Part shown: positions 1 through 11,200 of the stretch, piece after piece
Layout: each line of letters opens with the position of its first letter
How positions within the stretch are numbered: the stretch's first letter is position 1
From: Schizochytrium sp. TIO01
Taxonomy: Eukaryota; Protista; Bigyra: Labyrinthulomycetes
NCBI GenBank assembly: GCA_004764695.1
Contig: SMSO01000031.1
Coordinates: forward strand, 9,654,761 to 9,718,760
Direction: 5' to 3'
Length of the DNA stretch: 64,000 bases
Translations under genes and position numbers: made by a program
Notes under the pieces: generated by a model
The model's input: only the letters and a program-made list of their open reading frames with translations
The model's database searches: none
Told to the model about the DNA's origin: nothing

Positions 1-138
1 GGAGAGACTTTAGCGTATTACTTTTTGCGAGAGAGAAATACTCTTTTTGTTAGAATATGAGCGTACCTATCAGAATAAAAAGAGCGACGATTTCTTTTTT
101 TCTGGCGCTTGCAAACCCTGAATTGTCGTGCGCATTAG

Positions 139-1107
139 CGTGAACCGTGGCAGCTGCAGCTTTTTGTTGAGGCACCTTGGGCTGGGAGGATGTCGATCAA
201 ATCATTCCATGCAGGACTGACATGGAAGAACTTGGCCTGGGGTTTCTCTGACAGCGGCCTTGACACCACGACAGGCGAGGACGTGGTTCTGCTCGACCTT
301 GACGAGAGCACTGCTACTAAAACTGCCTACAAGGATGCTGGCGTAACAGTGCTCTGCTACTTCTCGGTGGGAACCATCGAAACTTGGCGTGATGACACCT
401 CGTCCAACCAAGCCGCATGGCTTGCCGTTGCTGTTGGAGAGCTCGCTGGCTGGGACGAGTACTGGGTTGATATTACCTCAGATAGCACCAAGACTCTTAT
501 GAAGACTCGCTTTGAAAAGGCTGCATCCACGGGTTGCGACGGTGTGGAACTGGACAATGTGGATTGCTACAACGACTCCGCTTGCTGGACACACATTTCT
601 GGCATTACAACACAGGCCCAGGCGAAGGCTGCCCAGATTACCTACAACGAGTGGCAAACTACGCTCGCTCACTCCTTGAACCTTGCCGTTGGCCTTAAAA
701 ATGCCCCGGAGCTCATCTCTACGATGATCGACGACTATGACTTTGCCATCAACGAGAGTTGCCTCGAGTATGAGGAGTGTGCTGACTGGAAACTTTTCTT
801 TGAGGCAAACAAGACTGTTTTCAATGCTGAATACATTTGGTCCCAGGCAGCTTGCGAGAGCACCACGGACCCTGATGTAAGCAGTAATACCTACTGGCTT
901 TCCAGCAAGTACTGTGAAGGCGGTGGCGAGGGTCTTTGCACGAGTGGCGACACTTGGCAGAGCTGCTTTGTCAACCTCAAAAGCTCTAACTACACTAACT
1001 TTGACCCATCGACAGTTCCCCACCCTTCGCCCGCCCCTCTCAGCTCAGTCCCGTCACTGCTTCTCCCTCTCTTCATGATTATTTTCATGATTTTCATTCG
1101 CAGGTAA
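139..1107 (+). CDS. Glycoside hydrolase family 114 (endo-alpha-1,4-polygalactosaminidase-like), probably GPI-anchored; 5'-incomplete
   Basis: GH114 motifs VLCYFSVGTIETWRDD, GCDGVELDNVD, GLKNAPEL and DFAINESC. Pro/Ser spacer plus a hydrophobic C-terminus (LLLPLFMIIFMIF). The frame is open upstream of ATG190 back to TAG 136-138 and reads REPWQLQL, matching the family's N-terminal WQxQL motif, so AG 137-138 is a likely splice acceptor. Confidence 0.88.
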   Translation, partial: REPWQLQLFVEAPWAGRMSIKSFHAGLTWKNLAWGFSDSGLDTTTGEDVVLLDLDESTATKTAYKDAGVTVLCYFSVGTIETWRDDTSSNQAAWLAVAVGELAGWDEYWVDITSDSTKTLMKTRFEKAASTGCDGVELDNVDCYNDSACWTHISGITTQAQAKAAQITYNEWQTTLAHSLNLAVGLKNAPELISTMIDDYDFAINESCLEYEECADWKLFFEANKTVFNAEYIWSQAACESTTDPDVSSNTYWLSSKYCEGGGEGLCTSGDTWQSCFVNLKSSNYTNFDPSTVPHPSPAPLSSVPSLLLPLFMIIFMIFIRR

Positions 1108-1686
1108 TCCCAGTATAACTGGCGATAATAGGTTTTTAGTCGTTCCGCTGTTATTGCCGCATGCTACCAATACTTTCACCAGCTCCATAGCTTATCTTAA
1201 TCAACTCTTCGTTGCCAGTGAAACCTGGTAACTATTCATACGTGGAGAGCCTATCTTGCTATTTTCCACGAACTGAAGACTAATAAATTTTGTGTTCTGC
1301 TCTATGCCGATTTCTTTTTCTTCGTATTTTGCGTGTGATCCTAGTCTATCCATCCCATCGGCCAGGAAAACCCCAACTCTTCATAATGATTTCGACTTTG
1401 GTCATATCACAACGAGCATCGCAAACCCTACTTGGTTTAAATTCAATCATCTTTAAATATCCGTTGCTCCAAATGAACACTCACAACATAGGTGGCAAAT
1501 TGCACTGGCATAAGCAAATGAAATACTGTGTTAGAAAAGTAGATAAATCGAAAATGGTCGAATTTGACACTAGGGGCGATTTTCGTCATTGATATCTTTG
1601 TATTGTAATTAAAAGGGTTCCAACTTTTCTAGCGTCAAATTCAAAACCTAGAGAGAAGGAACGTGTTGATTGGCAAGGAGAGTACG

Positions 1687-2268
1687 TCACTCTGAACTTT
1701 GTGGTGTCGTTTGTGCTATTGATTCTGGAAGTTCTAATGTTTCTGTGGTGGTGGCCTGTTCTTGATTCTCCGCTGTGTCATCAGCTGCGGACGAGGATGA
1801 TGAGGAAGATGAATTTGTCTGAGAGACACGATTTGATCTGGGTTGTGAAGTCTTCTTGGATCTCTTCTTCTGCCGAGCCCGAGTCCTTGCATCTTTGACA
1901 AGTCGTCCTGTTGGGGATTTCGTACGCAGTTTCCCAGAGGTCGTAATTTCCTTAATGTAGGCGAGTTCCAAGATAAACTTGTTTTCCTTATATTTCTGGC
2001 TCTGTTGATATGCATGGACATATCCCCAGCCAACTTTGCTCCCACAGCCGATACAAAATGTGTCTTGGATTGTGTGAGGCCCAGTCCGGAGCTGCTTATC
2101 TTCCTTAGGGCCACTTCTGTAATTCCAGATTTTGGTCACCAAAATGGCCTGCCCTGAGTTACCTTGGAATTGCCTCGACTCCAACAGAATTGTTCGAGAG
2201 AGATGCATTCCACACTGCGCGCATATGTACAGGTTTCCAATTCCCAGCTCGTGATGAAATGTAATCAT
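1687..2268 (-). CDS. Yippee-like (YPEL) zinc-binding protein with basic/Ser-rich C-terminal tail
   Basis: CAQC and CIGC zinc pairs, SRQFQG, LRTGPHTIQD and GWGY...SQKYKENKFILE are typical Yippee motifs. First in-frame ATG is at 2268; the ORF-track start at 2397 is TTG. Confidence 0.9.
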   Translation of the reverse strand: MITFHHELGIGNLYICAQCGMHLSRTILLESRQFQGNSGQAILVTKIWNYRSGPKEDKQLRTGPHTIQDTFCIGCGSKVGWGYVHAYQQSQKYKENKFILELAYIKEITTSGKLRTKSPTGRLVKDARTRARQKKRSKKTSQPRSNRVSQTNSSSSSSSSAADDTAENQEQATTTETLELPESIAQTTPQSSE

Positions 2269-3651
2269 TGTAACCAACGGTGCAAACAATTGGCCTCCGA
2301 ATGGCCCTTTCTTTAATTGTCTTGCAAAACAGACCAAGGTCAGAACCACAATGAATGGATGATACCCCAAATTCTGCCACTGAGAGTCTAGTTTCAAGGC
2401 CCCTTGTCTTCCGCCTGCGTATGGAGCCCAAAAGTAGACCAGGGCTAGCTAGCGCAAAAAGGCACCAAGAAAAGTCTGGTTCGGCCTGGAACCTCCTGAT
2501 GATGATGAGCCGGACCGCGCCCCAATACCACTAGCGGAACCTCCAGAAAACACAAATCTGCGAAGAACCTTGCTAACTAACTCTTCCAGGCAGTCAGTCC
2601 TGCAGGCACAAGACCCTCGCCCTTGAGTGTTGGCCTCTTGTTGCGGGATTGACTTTGGATTGAGTGCTTTTCTTCACTGTTTCTTTTTCTTTTCCTCATC
2701 TTCTTTCTCTGTTCTTTTCTTTTCTTTATATGTATTCGTAGCACTTTTTCACAAAGCAATTATGATGTGTGAGATTTGGAGAAGTCATAGTAGTATTTTG
2801 AAGTATTTTGATACCAGGGCATGAACAATTCAGACAGTACGGCATCTAATGTTTACACACTCCTGGAGAGTTTGTTGGATCTAGAAGATAAAGTATAGCT
2901 TCAATGTATCAAACCATTTCTGGATCGATCCAAATATTCGAAACTAAAAGCATTAGTACGTACCATTAGGTTTGAATGAAGTCGATTATACACAGTGAAG
3001 TGAATGCAGAGAATAGTAGCTTCCAATCAAACAGCATCGTGTTTATGCTTCATGCAAACCCCACACGTTGAATCTCTTCAAGACCGTTTTGAGAGTTTTT
3101 TTTCCAACTAACTTCTTCAAAATCTGAGCGAGTACACCATAGCTCAAATCCAATTGCAGAATAAGCATTGCCAATATTGCAGAATAAATATTAACAGGAA
3201 GTTGAGCTTTTGTAGGTCTCAACACAATCTCCAACACAGGCCCACACACTCTTGAAATAAAATAGCACGAAGAATTCATATCGTTCCCTGCGTTCCCATA
3301 GCTTGCAATGGAGAACACCGCGTTGCATTTTCTGAGAAACTAGGGTACAACAAACACAACAAACTTTCTGGCGACTCCAGCTGTATTGAATATATTTCAT
3401 GACGTAAAAAGCACACCATCTACTTTACTTTGTCAACAAGCTTGATAGTAACTTCACAACTGAGACTTCTCTCTATAGGCGAAGTTATCCGGTACACATA
3501 AAAAATGGAGAACAAAAGTTATGAGAACACTGGAGCATGCGTACTTTGTAGTAGAGACTATCAAGGTAGACGATTGAGCAGACCCTTTTGACGAGAATAT
3601 AACGTGAAAAGGCGCATCTAATGGGTGTGGCCCACTAGGATCTCAGCCGGT

Positions 3652-4892
3652 ATGGAGACAAAAGAAGGCTATGAAGATGATGAGGACGCTGCTTATAACA
3701 TTGCTCAACGTGCTCTTAAGTCAAGCGATCGAAAAACGCAATTTCTTGCCAAAAAGATTGTGATCCTCTCTCCCCGTAGTCGAACACTCGGTGAGGCCAC
3801 TCCAATGCTAAATAATTACTTGCAATCAAGAAAGCTTAGAGGGCAACTCGAACAAAGTCAGAACAAGCAAGCCCAGTTCATGGATCCGTATATTAAAAAT
3901 GTCTGAAAGCGTGCTATAAGAATTTAGCAAAAGAAACGCCTGATGTGACGCTTGGGATGCTTCAAGATTATATGAAAAATGTTGACTTTCCAAATACAAT
4001 GGCTTGTCTTTTACCTGACGAACTTCCTGATGATACGATATTGACGTGGAGCTGGTTGCTCAGGACAGCAGAGTACAAATATCAAGGTCTAGAACCTGAA
4101 CAACTTGTTAATTTGCAAGGTACTCTGAGTATAGCATGTGAAAGACTTATTGAAAACGTATTTAGTCAGTGTTATGGATATAAAGAAACTCCTGATCTTC
4201 CTTCAGATGTTTTTGCGGTGGAGTTCTGTGCCCGTCTCAACCGAAATTCCTCGTTTTCTCGCTTCTCATCCTATCCTGTTTACAGCAATGGCAACCTGAA
4301 ACTCGAATATGTTCAGGACGCATATGCTCTTGTCTTTGCACAAGCAAGTGAGTTCATGTATCCCTCAGGTGTGGGAGGTTGTCGTAAGGTCTTGGCGAAG
4401 CTTCGTGTGCTAAGCTCTTCCAAGGAAAAGGACCATGCACATCACTTAGATGAGCACATTGATCTTCGTGATGGTTTTGAGAAAAGAGACGAAAACCAGA
4501 CAGGATTTGTCAGTGTTCGTGAGGCACATGCTATTTTGAAAGAAGCAAATATCACTACTATTACTGAAAATTGGCTTGCTCGTTTTGTACGTCCTAAAAT
4601 GGGTGTCGACTATTATGCGTTACTTTGCCTCGGACTAAAGCTGCCTCTCTCGTTCCGTGAGAAACCTGAACCTATCACTAGAGGAGCGCTGCACAATATT
4701 TCTTTACCTGAGCTTAATAACACTTGTCCCAACAGGTATAATGAGGATTCTCGAAGATATTCTTTTGATGTTCTTCGCTATACCAGGGGTATATCACTCA
4801 AGCAAGCTCGTTTAATGCTTCGTATGATTGAAACGTTCCCCGGCGGGCCAATCAAGTATGTGCAAAAAGTTGAGGATCTTGTTAAGGAATAA
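3652..4892 (+). CDS. Hypothetical protein with a C-terminal EF-hand, split across two ORFs near 3900
   Basis: ORFs 3652-3906 and 3897-4892 overlap in different frames. EF-hand-like segment FEKRDENQTGFVSVREAHAILKE. The ORFs can be joined by one extra A in the A5 run at 3895-3899 or by a 71-nt GT-AG intron at 3857-3927. Confidence 0.55.
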
Positions 4893-5225
4893 AAATGTTT
4901 CTTTAATGTGAGATTAAGGATAACCCAAGGTTCTTGTGATTACCAATTATTTAGAAAATTATTTCAATTGTAAAGGATCATTGTTCGGTGACAAAGAAAA
5001 TCCAAACACAAGGTGAAACTAAATTAAATTTTATATTTTGATTTTAAAACTAATACAAGGGTCAGAATGAAGAGGACATCCTATTTGTTAAATACTTGTT
5101 TTCATCAAAATAGATTGAAGAACACACATTATCTTATTTTATAAATTATAACAGAGGTTTATACGGTGGCTGATGTAATAACGAGTCGAATAACACAGGA
5201 AGAAACTAGGCGCAGGAATACATGA

Positions 5226-8200
5226 CTACATACTATCAATTGCAAAATTGTCGATGTTACGAATCATGTTTGCCATTTTTGAATCCATCGCTGAGATTCG
5301 GTCAAAAATAGATTTGATCTGGTTTCCACACCTAACGATTTCCTTGAGAACTGCTTTATCAGAGACATTTTCAATGTTCATTTGCATCCAAGTGCCAGTG
5401 CGCGGATGTTTTGTGCCTCCCACAGGCCGGAAACGTCTCATAAGTTTTGTAAATTTAGAATCTTTCTTTTGCAGAGCCACTCGTGCGAAACGACATGACT
5501 GGATTGTATCTTGAGCAACTTTCTTCGCCATTGGCCATAGTCGGCGAACCACGTAAAAGCGGATGACAGCGATCGAAGCACGGCAACGAAAGAATCGCTT
5601 TAAATACTCTACCTTCACCCCTCTGGTTTGCCGGTGAAGTTGCCGCTCAAGGCTTTCGCTTGATGCTATGTCATGCATACTAAAAGCGAAAATCTCAAGC
5701 GTTTCTTCCATCTCGATACCTCGATACTTGCGACGGAACAGGAGGTCGTACATGCCCTCTTCAAACAGAGAAAACGCTTTGACATGCTCTTCTGAAAGCA
5801 TTGCATGATAAGCAAGCGCGCCGATGTCAAAACCTGATGGGAATGCGACATCGATACGTCTTGGATCCTCTTCGTACCATTCCAAGATGTACTGGTGAAT
5901 GAGGCGCTTCTCCTTGTTTGGCATCATGTCATACACAATATTTCTTTCGACGTCCTCCTTGAAGAGGATAATGTCTTGATGTGGTGACGATGATTGTTCA
6001 GTTAAAAATCCAACTCGTTTCAACTCTTCAATAGCTTCGAGGAATTCCTCTTTGAGAATCTCACGCTCTTCTGAATTCAGAGAATTGACACTGCTTTGAG
6101 TATTGGTACGAAATACACCTTCATCATCTTCGTTTTGATACTGCTGCTGCTGCTGTTGTTGCTGTTGTTGTTGTTGCTGCTGCTGCTGAGGTGACCCTTC
6201 TTGCACCACTCCGGAGCTTGGACGGCGATTTAAGTGGCGTGAAAGGAACCGCGATGTCTTTCGACGAAGCCCATTGTCGCTTTGGGTTCGGCGATTCAAG
6301 GTGACTTCAATGTTCGAGTCTGAATTTTTGTTCCCCATAGTTGAGCTATGTAACAGCTGAGCCGCTACGCTACCTCTCCGTGTTTGGCTTTTGTTTCGAC
6401 CCAGCGAAGGGCGTTCCGTCATGCTTCTTGAGACGTGTGGACGATTGCCAGACGATGAATTCGCAGATACACCACCCTGCGTCGGTGCTGACAACGAAGT
6501 CTCAATTGCACCAGCTCCGGTTGAAGAGTTGGCCGGAGACGGCAAATCTAGATTAGCCAAGGCTTGATATTCTTCACTATTAGCAAGTTGTGGTGGGATC
6601 TCAGCAATGCTATCTTCACGTCGAAGGTTACTCTGAATATTGTCCAATACGTGCCTCGAGGCTTGATGAGAGAAAGAATTTGTTTCTGGAGCAGCAGCTG
6701 CACGCATGAGCTGGTTTTTCTTGGTGTATACGTCAAACAAAAGCTCGAGGGACACCACCTTACCAATTACACTTGCCATCTTTAGGACCAATAGTACATT
6801 AGTGGATAAGTTGTCCCAGCGACTATAAACTTCAGCAACAAAGTGCGCAGGCAGGCTCATGAGTAACAGCGTTTCCGACTTCATGTTTCGCAATCCTTCC
6901 ATGACATGAGCGACGCCAGTAAGTTGATTGATTCGAATAAACCCACGCTCCACAAGGCTATTGAACAGATTGAGTAGATATCCCGGGTTACCCTTGGTGG
7001 AGTCATAGAGAAATTCCAAAAGATCTGCGCCAACACCGACAGCACGGTTCGCAGTAAGGAAGTTCGCCGCATCACGTTGCGAAAGTGGTTCAGTGCTAGT
7101 CACTAAGCACCACATAGGACGAAAAAGTTTACCCTCGTGGTCTTTGCCATCTGCATCAATATCATCATTTTCACCAATACTATGCGCATCAACGCTCAGT
7201 GCGTCAAAATCATTCAACATTTCTATTGCTCCAGTATTATTCATACTTCTGCCTACTACAGACGATGCACTAGACACTGCATGATCCTGGAATTGGGGTA
7301 TGGCACTTCCATTGCTCATGAGCCGAACAGAAGTTGGTCGACCGTGCGTGGACATCTCATCCCGCACGGAAGCATTGGATAGGGCTGTGGTAGGGCGCGA
7401 GAGATCTTGACTATCTTCATCATCGTGCACTTCAGAGTCAAGATTGTCATCATGAAGATGCATTGGTTTTGGTGAGGGTCGAAGCATTTCCTCGTTACGC
7501 GCCACACGCTCGGATTCAAGTTCACAGAGCCTTCGAAGCTCGATCCAATGAGGATTCGAACGTTCATTTGTTTGCATTGTTCGGTAAGCGACGATAAATC
7601 GGACTGCGGGACCTGGCACAACGCGTTTCGAAGAAGCAGCAGCGCGGCTGACGTCAAGCATTTCATCCTGTAAGCGCGTTGTGACATCCATACCATGCTG
7701 CACAGCCCGTTTCAGTAGTTCCCAGCTTGCATCATCCAAATTTTGCGCATCATCGATAATGACAAGAACTGGGCCACGTCGACCAACCTCGTCGAGCAGA
7801 GCCAGAACAACCTCAATAATATCGTCACGGTCCGCTTGACGCATGCTACTAGAAGCCCGCCTGGTATGCAAGCCACGAATAGAATCGGCAAAAAGTTCAC
7901 TCGAGCGAGGGGCGTTACGAATATCAAGATCAGCATCTGAGACACGGTGAGCCAAGTGAGACGGGGTGCCTGGGGTGACTGGAGTATTACCAGCAGACTG
8001 ACCAAGTGTTGGGCTCGGTGACGATTTACGGAACATGGAACTTCGCGACAGAAAAGCATTTAGCATACTCGTGTCGCTGCTATCACTTGCAACACGATGC
8101 CTAGATCCAGAACTACCGGGTGGTGGGAGACTCGAAGATACATCATCTTCAGAAGATCGATGGCTAGGTTCGGGATGATCCTGTGAGCTTTTCCGAGAAA

Positions 8201-11200
8201 GCATAGTATTGAACACACCTGTACCACCGTTTTCCGTTCCATTGTTGGCCCCAGGACCAGAAGCAGATAAGACAAATCCAGGTAAGAGAAGACCAAGCGA
8301 CGATAATCTGCGCCCCCTCAAGTGACCATTTTCTCGTAGACGTGCCAGCATAGGTGAACCTTCCAGAAGCTTATGTTCGCCAGAGTTTGAACTAGCACGC
8401 AAAAACCGACTGCCCACAGATGCAGAAGAAGGCCCTTGCAAAGATGTGTACTGTCCTGATGCGGAGCGGTAATGATCTTGGGGCGAAGACAACGGTACAA
8501 GACCGCCATGGCGTGGAGTCAGCCGCGGCATACTAGCTGGCCGTCCTGAACTTGTGATGGGATACATTGCATCTCCAAGGTCAATTTCGTGGTCAGAAAT
8601 CTGCATAAGCTCCTCCATATTATTGCAAGATGCACTTAGCGGGAAGTCTAGCATAGAGGTACCAGCTCCTGATCCTGAGTGGTAACCGGCACCTGTCATC
8701 ATGGAAGCTTCAACAGGTGATGCTGAACGCGTGGATGTCGGGCTCGCTGGCCGGCCATCATCAAATCCATGACCTTCAGATTCATGTTGACGACTATGAT
8801 GATGATGATAATATTGGTATCCATTGTCTTCTTCTGGCTGCTGATGTTGTGAAGACGAGCCGTTTTCTTTTGCTGTCGAGCTAACATTGTGAACAAAAAC
8901 CATGGAACCAGCATCGTCATTGTCAGAGTCGTGCTCGTAATCAGCATCTTCGTGACCTTCCTCCTCCTCCTCGCCTGGATTCTCAGTATATGGATCAAGC
9001 GTTGGCACTTGGTGAGATTTAGACGATGGCAAACCACCAGGAACCATAGACATAGATCCATACCCTTCTTGTGTTTCATTTACAAAGGTGGTGTTCAGTG
9101 GGGGAAGCATGGTTGTACTATTTGCAGCAGAAAGCGGGAGCGACGTAGCCCCAAGACGAGGAGAAAGGGGAAGTGGCTCAGGGAAGCTGCCCAGATCTAC
9201 ATTTGGAGATGCCCCGGCATCTGCTGACATGGTGTGAGCATGCGATGGAATAGGACTCTTTTTCCTCATGCGACGAACAGTAACATCCATGGAAAGACTC
9301 CGTTGTAATGCTTGACCCACTTGTCCTACAGTATGCGAAAGTTTTGCCAGAGTGCCTGTACCCTGTGGAGAAAACCCGGAGACTGATGTCCCTGCAGTTT
9401 GCGGGCTCAAAGGCTGATCATGACTGAGATTGTTGCCAAAGCCATTAGCTGCAGGAGAGGTTCCAATGTTCGTTGTACTCAAGGAAGTACCAACGTGGAT
9501 ATAGTTGTTGTTGTTATTGCTGGTACTTGAGGAACTATTTAGAGTCATGCTATGGTAGTGCATGAGCTGATGGCCACCATTTCCACCGTTGGGAGTATTG
9601 CTTGCCTGCAACACTGACCCAAGCTGCACCGGCCCAGCGTATGGGCTGCTGAGAGAAGACGCACGTGGAGAGCGAAATGTAGACGTTTCTGATGAGGTAT
9701 AATTATAAGAATCAGTTGCCACAGGCTGCATTTGGCTAAGAGGCGTTCGGTCATCCTCCACAATATGAAATGAACGACTCCTTGAGCCAAATCGAGGTCG
9801 CGGGGCAGAGCGGGATTTTGAAGAGAGTCTCCGTCGTTGTTCTCCGTTACTCCGTCGAGAGCTGGGCGAAGGACTAGGAATGCCATAGTTCATACCAGTT
9901 AGATCCATTGATGCGGTCGAGCGACTACCTTTGTTGTGGCCACGCTTGGTCGCACCATGCTCGCCTCCTTCAGGCGCACCGAGCATTTCATCAGGTATGC
10001 CTTGCGAGGAGTTGAATAGACCACGCATACCGGTACGTTTAAGCATGGGTAACGAAGCTGTTCGGCCAGCTTCATTGAGAGGAATTTGAGAAGGTGTTGT
10101 GACTGGGCTATCCTGATAAGCACTCGCTAAGGTGTGATCAATAGTTTGCGGATCGTAGTCATAATTCACTAATGATGCGGCCTCACTGGGTGCAATAGCA
10201 TTGAGAGCAGAGCCAAGTGTACTCGTGCGGGATTGAAGAAGGGTCTCTTTTCCACCGCCAGAAGGGTTGGTTTTGTCGATTGAGGTTTTGTCTTTGGGTT
10301 TGAATTTGAGCATTTCCTGAACAATTGCTTTCCACACAGAAAATGGAGTTTTGGATTCGGATACCTCTGCAACGTTGTAAAAAATGTCGACCGACTTACT
10401 ATCCGAGACGGAGTTGACCCATTGTAAAAGATGTGATTTACCTGCACTGGGTGGGCCCTCAAGTAAAATTGCTTTACAGGGCCGAAGTCTGTCCAGAAAT
10501 GCGACACGACAAAGGTCTGCTTTAGTGCGTTCTTGTCCAATTGTAGCCCAACCTTGGCCAGAGTACACGTTGCCTTGGTTGGGCAGCATGTGGGTGTGAG
10601 TTTCCAAATTACCTTGATTGAGAGTTTTCTTTTCTGCAATGACAGCGAGGTCAGGACAATACGCGACAACATTTTGGGTGTAGCCCTTGAGCTGATGGCT
10701 AACTTTTGTAAAAGAGAAATTGTGATTGGACCGTGCTTCTTTGTAGGTTTGGGCATCGCAAAGTGCTGAGTTAGGACGCGCCTTACCCATAAGGCGCGCG
10801 GCAAGATTGATACACTCGCCTGTAACAGAATATTCGGCGCGATATTCGGAGCCAATAGCGCCGCAAAAGACTGTACCTGAACAAATGCCTGCGGTAGCGT
10901 GGATTCCTTGGGTATGAATCAAGTTTGCAGCAACTTTGACAGCTCTGGCTGCGTTGTTTTCAAAATAATGCGGGGGGAGACCCATGACGACAATGGCGAC
11001 GCAACCTTTATCATCAATGATAAATTGTCTTAAGGTGCCCCACTGGCTATATGCAGCCTTTTGAACGGCTTTGACGCGCTCTTGGATGCTGTCTAGGAAA
11101 GCGTCCAGAGCACTCTTGCGCGTTGCTGCCTCCAAGTCATCATCTTCAGGCGAGGATGTATCGACGGAAAGTTGCGGACGAAGCTTATAGCGAGGGGTTC

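Noticed and set aside
2850-3560. Possible spliced minus-strand gene between Yippee and the EF-hand gene
   Set aside because: Some splice-like signals, but I could not build a stop-free model or recognise a domain.
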